Positions 26,936 to 36,556 of a DNA stretch of 64,000 bases are shown one piece after another; the first letter of the stretch is position 1; every line of letters starts with the position of its first letter. The translations under genes and the position numbers were made by a program. The stretch is from contig OZ320322.1 in the NCBI GenBank assembly GCA_976226885.1, positions 16,120,001 to 16,184,000 of the forward strand, written 5' to 3'. The DNA is from Iphione sp. A-MEVVRFRX5. Lineage: Eukaryota. Under the pieces are notes generated by a model that worked only from the letters and a program-made list of their open reading frames with translations, made no database searches and had not been told where the DNA came from.

Positions 26936-27189
26936 ATAGTCCAACCAACCAATCACATAAAAAACACTATCATACTTTTAATTCAACAACGGAGAAGCCC
27001 GTGTTGGGTGAAACTTGACCTCTACGTGAACTCTGAATCTGGCCTCACTCTCTTGGAGGAAAGTTTGATCACCGTGATGATATCAGTCTCACGTGGAGTT
27101 TGAGGCCCGAGCAACGACACCAACTCAACACAAAAAACATTCTTTACCCGCTCGGGCCCCTACTCACCACCCTGTGGAGGTCGGCTGTT

Positions 27190-28820
27190 CTACTCCTCCG
27201 TCCACATCACGTCAGTGTTGGTGCGACGCTGCTGAGGGGGGCGGGCCTCCAGGAGGTCCCACACAGTGGGGTCCTCCGTTCGTTGTTGGGCCCGCGCTGC
27301 TTGTGCCTCCCGCTCCCAGGTGTCGAAGGCCTCGCGCCTCGAGGCCGCCGTCGTCGCATAGGCCGGACGCGGGTCTTCGAGGAGGTTGGTCGCGGCTTCG
27401 ATCGATCGTTGTGCCAGCGGGTGACACGTTCGCGGTCGCCCCACTCGAGCCGGTCAGGGATCCGCATCCCTTCCAGCGCGAGGACCGGCCGCCTGACCAG
27501 GGGGTCGATGAGGTGCTGCGGCGATGCCTCCGACTCAGCCAGGGCCAGAACCCACGCCAAGGAGGAACTGGCGATGAAGCGAGAGGTTGGGCTCATCTCC
27601 ATCCAGCGGGGAGGGGGCCATTCCAGCCGCTGGGGAAGGCGTACCATAGTAGGAACCATGACGGCTCGCCGTATCGCCGGGTAGGGCGGCACTCGGCCGT
27701 CCAGAATTTCCCGGACTCGGCGGGACAGCAGGCCGAGCATGGGCGTGGTGAGTTCCTGTTCTGCCAGTCGTTGAAGGTGTCCTGGTGGGAGGGCTGCCTC
27801 CCGGGGCCGATCGCTTGACGGACCTCGAGAGGGTCCGGAGGCCTCCCAAGCCGTCAGGGTGTCAAGGAGGGCGGCCGGACTCCAGTCGGGGGTCGGAAGA
27901 GATGGCCCCCCTCGCAGTAAACTGGCGACTGACGTGGGCGTCCCTGGAGTGGCGCTGCTGCTTCGTCGTCCACCGCTGCCGGCTCTGGTTGACCCCCACG
28001 GGCCTCCGGTGACGGGAGATACACCCCGGCCCCAGGCATAGGGCGCTTGTGGTGCATCCCGGAGATACCCCCGCCCGGCAGGAGCTGGAGGCATGGGCGG
28101 AGTGCGGTCGCTCCCTACGCTGCCCTCCCCAGAGTCAGAGGGGGAAGCGGGACGTCCAACGGCGGCAGCGGCCGGTGAGGTGCGCCAGCGGGCTCGGCCA
28201 GAAGCATGGGGCGGCTGGGACTCCGGCGGGGGTGTGGACTCCATTGCCGATGAAGAAGATGGTCTGAGAGGCCCGGGTGGGGGCCTGGCTGCCGGTGTCC
28301 GAGGTGCACCGTGCCCAGGCAGAATAGAAGACGGTTGCCGCCCCCAGACGACGCGCCGCTCGGGGAGGCTCGGCCAACGCTCTAGGATCTCATCTACTTC
28401 CGCCGGACCCATGAAGGCGCCCAGAGTGGCGGAGAGCTGCCGGGCTCGGATGATGACGTCGGCCCGGTTGTCATCGGGCACGAAAAGTTCCCCCGCGTCA
28501 CCCTGTTGATGGTCGAAAAGGCTGCGGTAGGCGGGGGCCGTCAGTCCCCTCTCCATGACCCACGGATGGCGCCGCCGCAAATGGGCGAGCCAGGTGCCAG
28601 GCTCACCTAGGACGCTGGGACAGAAGAGGCAGTCCATCTGTCGGTGTCGGCGGCCCCCATGCTGCTCCTTCTGATGACCCTCCAAGGACTCCCCCGCCCA
28701 ATACACCCGGTGGGGTGTGCAGAGCTCACACCAAGCTGTACCAGGGGGCAGGGGTTCTCCCTCCTCCACCTGGGGTGCCGGGGGACGTGCCACTTTCTGC
28801 CGGGGCATGCCGCTTGCCAT
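27190..28820 (-). CDS. Gypsy accessory ORF, ~540 aa: two N-terminal C2H2-like zinc fingers, Pro/Ser-rich middle, duplicated M(V)R[LI]PxRLEW motif
   Basis: ORF 28820-27207 contains CELC-x14-H-x4-H and CLFC-x12-H-x4-H. A probable single-base frameshift near 27440 would instead end the protein in the 27444-27190 frame (..LAQRSIEAATNLLEDP..WTEE*). Function unknown. Confidence 0.7.
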
Positions 28821-28845
28821 AGAGAGAGAGGGCCAGACAGGGTGG

Positions 28846-29766
28846 TTGTGGAACCACAGGCTCGTTGACAGTACAGGTTAGGTCACGACGTGGGGCCACA
28901 GACTACAACACACAGAGATGATAGTCGGTGCTATCTAACAGTCAGCGACAGACAATCACTGTGGCACCACAGACAACAAGCTGACTGCACTTGGGGTGGC
29001 CACTCAGCCGCCCTAAGCTGTCATCAGAGATGGAGGTGCGAGGTGCGGTGAGGCCACAGCCCGGTGATGGCGACTGCCGCTCCTCGCCCAGTCACTCGAT
29101 CCTTCTGCAGCGTCTGCCCGAAACCGTGGTCTGTGGTTCCACGCTCACGATCAGCTTCCTGTTTCTCAATGCCCCGTTGGATGTGTCCACACAGAAAGAC
29201 TTATTTTTGGCACTGTCCCCCGGCGTCCCCGCTGTTCTTCTCAGCCTCCTCTCTCCCTCACGTGGCCAGCTGTGGTGCCACGGGCCGCCATTGATCACGT
29301 CTCGCAAGACCACGGGTTCTCTCGCGCCCCGCGAGATCCCGCGTCTCGCGCCCGTATCTCATCTGCGGGCCCACAGCGCAACTGCTTACTCTACGACTGC
29401 TGAAGATTCATTCTTTTTGTACTATAGGGGACTGGCAGGGATAGGACAAAAACTGTGCTACACCACTCTATTTTCCTTCCTTCGGCTGTGGCACCATAGG
29501 CACTTTCGCTGAGTTCTCCCTCTAGAGGGCGACACCTCCTCCCCGCCTGTGGTTCCACAGCCCGTTCACCTGATACGTTGTATCGGCTATTTCCCCTGAT
29601 TCCACCAATCACTCGTTATGTTAGATTTCTGTGGCACCACAGTATGAGTGGTTACCCTCTCAGCCAATCACTCGAATGCCAATGATATCTGTGGCACCAC
29701 ATACACGATCTTCGCTGCCCGCCGTAGCCAATCATCTTGGCCCACTGCACCCCCCCCAAATATAAA
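28846..29766. promoter_or_regulatory. Putative internal (possibly bidirectional) promoter of the Gypsy accessory region
   Basis: Ten CTGTGG-N2-CCACAG-like palindromes (28846-29702), TCTCGCG/CGCGAGA cluster (29300-29350), CCAAT at 29605, 29664, 29679 and 29728, TATAAA at 29761. Confidence 0.6.
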
Positions 29767-30002
29767 TGAGATGGGCTATAGCCAGCCTGCTTCATCTGGA
29801 CTCTTGCTGCACCCCACCAGGCTCCTCTATCCTTCCAGCTACCCCTTCCAGCTACCCCAGTTCTACAGGTACCCGTCTTGTGTAGGAATGGCAACTGCTT
29901 AACATCTTTGAACTAGCTGAACCGGAGACAAATCATAGTTTTTTTTTGTTTTTGTTTTTTTTTTTTTAACGGTTTTCTCCCTTTTTCAGCCTAAACCCAG
30001 CC

Positions 30003-30872
30003 ATGACCAATCAAGGGACCGCGTTTGGGCACCTTCCTGCTGCGGTTCTTTGGCCTTATCGCGTGTGAGTGTTTGGATAACTCTTCCTCTACTTCCACTC
30101 GTTCTAAGTGTTATCCAACATCGCCTCTTCCTGAAGTTTAGTGTCAGCCAGATCCGTCTTCATTTTTCCTGCCTATTTTCTCTTCCGTAGGCTCCGCTAT
30201 CGGCCCACCCTGCCCGGGTCAACCCCCTCCGGCATGAACATTCACACAGAAGGGCCGGTGGTACGAGTTTTCGGCACCCATGAGATCATAAATGCCCCCT
30301 TCATCTTGCCTGTTCCGGGCTGTCTGGTCTTCCTTGGACCGCTTCACGTGATTGACCTGGTGGTACGCCCCGTCGCCCCTCCTGGCTCAGCGTGACCCCC
30401 ACCAACGATGCCCGCCCCATCAGACTGGGCCACTTGCTACACCACCCCGGTGCCCCCACCGGCCTCTCCCTCCTCCAGTGCTTCCGGGTATGGCACCGAC
30501 AGCCCTTCATCCCTTACTAGCAGTCGTCTGGACCCCTGGGGGTCCCACCAGGACCTTTCCGCGATGGGCGCCTCACCACCCCCGGCAGACGGATCGGGTC
30601 ACCCCTCTCCGAGCCCACGGCCATCACCCACCCCATCGGGAGAAGACTCTGTACCGCCTCCGTCTCCGGCCGTCACGAGGTCAGAATGCACTACCCCTGA
30701 GACAGGCGATGGCATCTCCCGCAGCTCCTCACCCCTGGGGACTTCCCCTCCGGGAGGCCACGTGCCCTTCGCGGTGATTTCGACTCCCGCCCTGGCAGCC
30801 TGGTATCGTCAGCTTCGTTGGGGTGACGCCCCCTTCTGCCCTATCCTGGTATCTTCCTCCGATGAGGAATAG
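30003..30872 (+). pseudogene. Antisense accessory gene of the Gypsy element (Pro/Ser-rich, ~260 aa if spliced; one in-frame TGA)
   Basis: TATA 29761; candidate donor CAG|GTACC 29869; long pyrimidine tract with acceptor AG at 29988-89; gccATG 30003; candidate intron 30065-30151; frames 30141-30395 and 30408-30872 are the same frame separated by one TGA; AATAAA 30939. Confidence 0.5.
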
Positions 30873-31354
30873 GACCTTGATCGGTAACTATACTCCCCAT
30901 GCTAAGTACTCTGTAGCTGCGTGGCCGACATACCTTGAAATAAATTTCAACTAACTAATTTGTCCCCCGTGTTCATTCTATGTTCCATTCACTCTCAGAC
31001 TTAATTATAAACACCCTTCTCGTCATCCCGCAGCAGCGACCAGAGGACATAACCCGACCAGGTTCTAATTCCTTCGCCCTGGTCCGGGTTGGCTCCACCC
31101 CTGACAGTGTGCCGGCTCGCCCAGAGGACAAAGCCTGGTCAGACCTCCGTCTCCTTCTGGCCCAGGCCGGCTCCACCGTCAGTTCCACCTTCGTGGTCTG
31201 TCAACTTCCCAGCTACCAGCGGCCTACACTGCAAGCGGCCATAGTGCTGCCCTCCCTAACCGGGAGCTTTCTTCGCACACTATGGCTCGCCTTCCGACAA
31301 CATCTCCGGAGCTGCCTAGGTCCCCCCCTGGAGGACGTCCCCCCACTTCTCCCC

Positions 31355-31630
31355 CTAGAACTTTTGGGTACCGCACCCGGGGATGTCCAGCCTCCCCCTC
31401 TGGAGCTTTTGGGTCCCGCACCCGAGGATGTCCAGCCTCCCCCCTCTGGAGCTTTTGGGTCCCACACCCGAGGATGTCCAGCCTCCCCCCTCTGGAGCTT
31501 TTGGGTCCCAGACCCGAGGATGTCCAGCCTCCCCCCTCTGGAGCTTTTGGGTGCCACACCCGAGGATGTCCAGCCTCCCCCTCTGGAGCTATTGGGTCCC
31601 GCACCCGGGGATGTCCAGCCTCCCCTCCCT
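31355..31630. repeat. 45/46-bp tandem repeat (~6 copies) in the pol C-terminal tail
   Basis: Unit tctggagcttttgggtcccgcacccgaggatgtccagcctccccc(c); minus-strand reading EAGHPRVRDPKAPEG. Confidence 0.9.
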
Positions 31631-31699
31631 GGAGCTCTCTGCTCTCCCTAGTCCGACCTCCAATGGAAGATTTTTATCCTATCTTTTGCTACGAGCTCC

Positions 31700-34600
31700 C
31701 TTCCTTATTCGCTCGCCGCCGCCATGACTTGATCCAACGAGGTATCTCCCCTCGATACAGTCATAGGCGATTCCGGTGCACCACCTTGGGGCGAGCCCGG
31801 GCTGCCCGTTGGACCACCAATCGCTCTGGGTCCAGTACCTTAGTAACGAGCCATGGACCCGTCCAGGGCAAGTATACTTTAGGGCTCTTCCCTCTGGGTG
31901 GTTGAGCTTCGTGTAACCACACCGCGTTCCCTTCCTGTAGGGGTTCCCCTTTTGCCTGGCGATCGTATCCTCTAGCCTGCGTCCGTGCAGCCTTTAACAA
32001 GTGCTCCCGGACCGTCTGGTAAGCCCTCTTCAGCTGACGTTGAAGGCGCTGCACCCACTCTGGCATAGTCACCTGTTCCTTCCCCTCCCACTCACTAAGA
32101 GGGAGGCCATCCATCGCATGTGCTGGCAGGACCACCTCCCGACCGAACATCAGGAAGTTGGGTGTGAAGCCAGTACTGGCTTGGGGGGAAGCTCGGTAGG
32201 CCATCATAAGCAGTGGGAGTGCTTCATCCCAGTCGTCGCCGGTATCATAGCAGTGGGCTTTAATCATTTTCGATAAATCCGTCCCCCTGGGGGTGTCTAG
32301 GGGTCGTCTTGGTTCACTGCACCCACTCTGGCATAGTCACCTGTTCCTCTGTTGGTTCCTCTGTCGCTGTGGAGCTCCATGAAGCATCCATAACGAGAGA
32401 CCAAATCCTCCACTAGTACTTGTGCTATCCGGGTTGCCCTCTGGTCAGGAAGTGGGAAGGCCTCTAGCCATTTAGTAAAGTGGTCCCCCACCATCAAGAT
32501 ATAACAATTGCCCCGCTTGGTATGGGGGAACGGACCGGCCACGTCCATGGACCATCTCTCCATTGGCTTCCCGGACACATAAGTGCGCAGCGCCGTCTGT
32601 GGACGGAAGGGATTTACTGTCAGGAGAGCACAGTGACATTTCGCACAGAAATTTTGTATATCTTGTTGCATCCCGGGCCAGTAATACGCCAAGGACACCA
32701 GGAAAGTGGTGCGGTCTACCCCTAAGTGGCTACCCATCCGGCCTTGGTGGATTTCCTTGATAGCCTTGACTCGTCGCTGCGCAGGGAGTACCAGCTGCAG
32801 GCGGGTTCTTGAGGCTTCGAGCTCATGCCACTGCCGGTATAGCAGCCCCTCTTGTACCACCAGACGGTCCCACTGCTGCCATAGTTTCTTGGCCGCCCTC
32901 GACAAGGGGGAAATGTCCTCCCACTCTGGCCTACCAGATGTATCCTCGTTCAGCGTCAGGATAGGTCCAATATCTGGGTCGTCCAGCTGCGCACCCCAAA
33001 GGGCCCGATCTGCCGCCCCCTGAGTGCGGCCTCGGGTGACAACTCGTACCTCCACCCTATGCTCCTGCTTGCACTGTTTACAAGGCATTCAGGATAGAGC
33101 ATCCGCGTTACCATGCAGGCGCCCTGGTCGGTGCTGAAGGTGGAGGTGATATTGGCCGATTCTCTCCAGCCATCGAGCTAACTGCCCCTCAGGGTCCCGG
33201 ATACAGCTCAACCAGCTAACCGCCCCGTTGTCCGTCCGCACCGTGATCTCCTGCCCGTATATGAAAAAATGAAAATGTTTCAAAGCAGCTACCACCGCAA
33301 GCAGCTCCCTCCGCATCACACAATACCTCCGTTCCGGTGACGTGAGACTGCGGCTAAAGTACGCGAGGACTACTTCCTGGCCTCCCTGCTCTTGGGAAAG
33401 CACGGCTCCTAGCCCCACATTGCTGGCATCTGTGTCCAAATAAAAACGTCCCTTAGGCATCGGGTAGCCCAGCACGGGGCTGGCCTGCAATGCCCGTTTC
33501 AAAGATTCGAAGGCCTCCTCTTCTTCGGGGCCCCAATAAAACCGGGTCCGGGGGCTAGTCAGCCGGTGTAGGGGTGCTGCTAGATCGGCGAAATGAGCCA
33601 CCAGACGGCAGTAGTAGGAACAAAGTCCCAGAAAGGCTCTTACGTCGGTAGTGGAGGTCGGCCTCGGCCATTCCTGGATACACTGCACCTTCCCGGGATC
33701 CGCTGAAATTCCCCGATAGGACACCCGATGCCCCAGGAAAGGAACCTCCTCAAGGAACAAACGGCATTTAGCCGGTTTCAATTTTAAGCCAGCAGCCTCA
33801 ATTCGAGAGAGCACCTGATCCAACCGGGCTAGTGTCTCCCCAAAATCCCGCCCGAATACCAATACGTCGTCCAGATAGACTAGGCATTGCTCCCAGGTCA
33901 GTCCCCTGAGCACTGTGTCCATTAAGTGCTCAAACGTAGCAGGAGCGTTGACCAACCCAAATGGCATCACTGTAAACTCATACAACCCAGAGGATGTGGT
34001 GAAGGCCGTCTTTTCCTGGTCCCGCGGATCCATCTTAACCTGCCAATAGCCCGATGCTAAGTCTAACGAGCAAAAGTACCGAGCTCCCGCCAGTGCGCTT
34101 AACGAATCATCAACTCGGGGTAGGGGATACGCGTCAACCTTCGTCTGTTGGTTTAGTTTCCGGTAATCGACACAGAAACGAGTAGTTCCATCCTTCTTGC
34201 GTACCATGACTACGGGACTTGCCCAGGGGCTCTAGCTCTCGACAATGACCCCAGCCTCTGCCATTTCCCTTACTAGTTGCTGCTCTTCCTGTCTTCTTGA
34301 CAGGGGCAGGCGCCGAGGTTGCTGTTTAATGGGACCTGACTCCCCCGTGCAAATACAATGTTGCACCATGTCCGTACAACCCAAGTCACCTTTGTGTTGT
34401 GCAAAGGCCCCCCCTGTGCCGTTCTAACACCACCCACAGCTCTCCTTGTTCCCCTTCAGTGAGATGAACTGTCTTAGTGGCCATCAACTCATCTATTACG
34501 GTCCCTGTCCCCACCTTTGTGGTAGCCACTTTCAGGGGGTGGTCCTGGAGGCAGTCAGTAACCTCCTCCCTCTGCACTGGCGAGCCAAGGGCTAGAGACG

Positions 34601-35150
34601 TCCCCTGTTGGATCAACAGTTCCCTCTCCCCAGTGTTCCACACGGGCAGCACCTGGCTTACAACGCAACGCACTTCTACCACCCCTTGCAATAACCGACC
34701 CTCCTCTAAGCCCTCTACCAAGAATGGGCCCTCTCCACTGGGAGACACTGGGATCCCCACCCCTTCCCCAGGGGGAACCGTAATATCGGAGGCTGCCCTC
34801 AGTACCTTAACTCCCCTGGTCTGTTCCTTCCCCCTAGGGGTCCCTCCAAACAAAACCTCACCCTGTGACAAGTCAATGACAGTGCCATGCTGGGTCAAGA
34901 AATCTGCCCTCAATATCCCATCCCCTTCTATCTCTGCTAACAGGAAGTGGTGTTTGAATTCCTTTCCAGCAATCCCTACCTGCACCTCCTCTCTCCCTAC
35001 CGTTGGCAGGATATGGCCCCCTACCCCCATAACCTTTACAGCAGCCCTCTTAACAACTGGGCCAGGGACCACACAGGATATTCATAATGGAAACTTCAGC
35101 ACCCGTATCAATAAGCAGTAGGAGTGTCCTCCCACCACAGCTTACCTTGA
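31700..35150 (-). pseudogene. pol: Gypsy pol (protease, reverse transcriptase, RNase H, integrase), disrupted
   Basis: IDTGAEVS at ~35110; RFCVDYRKLN, DLASGYWQ, MPFGLVNAPATF, YLDD (~33870); TDASNVGLGAVL, ELLAVV, DALS; integrase H..H..C..C, WSMDVAGP, LHSDRGTN, GDAVWL-like GNAVWL and PWTGPW. Multiple stops and frameshifts. A low-complexity tail may continue to ~30970. Confidence 0.95.
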
Positions 35151-35216
35151 GATGTGGTCCCTGGCCGTATTCCATTATCACCTCCCGGTGGACAGATGCA
35201 GTCAGTGTCCCCTGGC

Positions 35217-36067
35217 CTACTGAGCCGACTGCTGTGTGTTTTCAGACGGTTTAGGCCCTGTAGTGTTCGATGCTTGCTGTGGGGCTTTCGGGCAATCTCT
35301 CTTCCAGTGACCCGGTTGCTTGCAGAGGAAACACAAATTGTCCCTGGGCCAAGACCTCTGAGGTTGCATTTCCTCCTGTAGTTTGGCAAACTCCTGCATT
35401 AGGACTTCCACCATGTCCTTGGGTGCTGTGCTGTTAGAATCCTTGTTGCCACTTGCTTGAACGCCGGGAACCGTTCTTGGATCTCCACTACCTGTAGTGC
35501 AGCCTCCATGGTCTTGCATTGGGCTTCTAAACATTTCAAATGCAGGTCATCAGGGAGTGCCAGTTGGAAGGCCGACACTGCTGCTAACTCTCGCGTTTCT
35601 GCACTCACATCGGGGTACGTGGTGCGTACAAGTCATCGGACTTTGTCAGCAAACCCCTTGGCATCCTCCCCTTTCTATCTGCGGATCGTGGACAGGTCTT
35701 GCATAGCCGTCACTCGATTACGTCGACGTCCAAACCGCTTTTCCAAGGCGGCTACCCTGGACTCAAAGTCAGCCTTGTCCTCTGATGGGAGGTCTCCAAA
35801 GTACATTCGGGCGGTGCCAGTCAACGACAGAGCCAGTGCTGAAGCTCTTGTGTTCGGACTCCACTTGCATGCATCTGCCCATTCGACAAACTGGACAATC
35901 CAGCTGTCCCAGTCGACTACGCTGCCATCGAATCATTCAGGTTTCATGGCATTGGTGCGCAGTGGCTCCTCTGGGGCTAGCACGTAAGGTTCAGCTTCTT
36001 CTTCATCGTCCGCATCCGGTACGCGTAGCTGTACCTCGTCGTCAACTGCCACAAACTTGGTAGCCAT
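35217..36067 (-). pseudogene. gag: Gypsy gag, disrupted
   Basis: ATG at 36067, 13 nt after the PBS; KPE*FDGSVVDWDSWIVQF..ALSLTGTARMYF..ALEKRFG; zinc knuckle CFLCKQPGHWKRDC at 35333-35292; three stops and one frameshift. Confidence 0.9.
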
Positions 36068-36079
36068 GATGTACAGTGG

Positions 36080-36097
36080 ATCCCACTTCTGACACCA
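36080..36097 (-). promoter_or_regulatory. Primer binding site TGGTGTCAGAAGTGGGAT (tRNA-Leu)
   Basis: Starts 1 nt from the 5' LTR; complementary to the 3' end of metazoan tRNA-Leu(CAG) (..ATCCCACTTCTGACA-CCA), from memory. Confidence 0.9.
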
Positions 36098-36098
36098 G

Positions 36099-36556
36099 TG
36101 TAGTTTCTACTTGGGTTCAATAAAGAACTGACAACTCTGAGTCCTGATTCCAAACTGTCTTTATTTATATCTTTTCCCCAATCAAGGCACTAGCCAATCA
36201 TCCGTCAGTATCAGAGTAAGAGAATACATTGTTACCTCCTTTAACAGTCCTTTCAACTAACCCACCAATCAGGAGAGGGCAAAGTATCACCTTTGGGCTG
36301 TGGGACCACAGCCGAGTGCTGCCGATCCAATCACAAGAGAGCTTTGAGACTCCAGGGTAGTTTGTTTTAAATCCAGGGGTGGCTGTGGTACCACAGCGAC
36401 CCTTAGTGCATGTGCACCGAGTCCAGTACTCCTGCACTTACTTCGTATAGCCAGTGCATCCCGACTGTGGCACCACACACTTCTGCGCACAGGGCGTGCA
36501 TCCGTACCTCCACCTGTGGCACCACAGCTCAAGGCCGGCTCCTGCATACCACTACA
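36099..36556 (-). repeat. 5' LTR (458 bp)
   Basis: TG..CA ends, adjacent PBS, followed by TSD ATAC. Confidence 0.97.

Larger units (their letters stand above)
26025..36556 (-). mobile_element. Full-length Ty3/Gypsy LTR retrotransposon with a ~5-kb accessory region
   Basis: Two TG..CA LTRs, 4-bp TSD ATAC (26021-24 and 36557-60), PBS, PPT, gag with CCHC knuckle, and pol in the order PR-RT-RH-IN. Confidence 0.97.

Noticed and set aside
27093-28509. Plus-strand ORFs (241, 194, 138 aa)
   Set aside because: Antisense shadows of the GC-rich zinc-finger ORF; no motifs or expression signals.
28991-29512. 173-aa plus-strand ORF
   Set aside because: Starts at TTG, overlies the regulatory box cluster, lies upstream of the TATA box and has no recognisable domain.
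27190-30872. env gene as the explanation of the extra Gypsy region
   Set aside because: No signal peptide, furin cleavage site or C-terminal transmembrane helix in either accessory ORF.
30980-31651. 223-aa plus-strand ORF as a second antisense gene
   Set aside because: Begins after the AATAAA at 30939 and owes much of its length to the stop-free 45/46-bp repeat; more simply a shadow of the pol tail.
34477-35987. Plus-strand ORFs of 214 and 176 aa
   Set aside because: Antisense to protease and gag.
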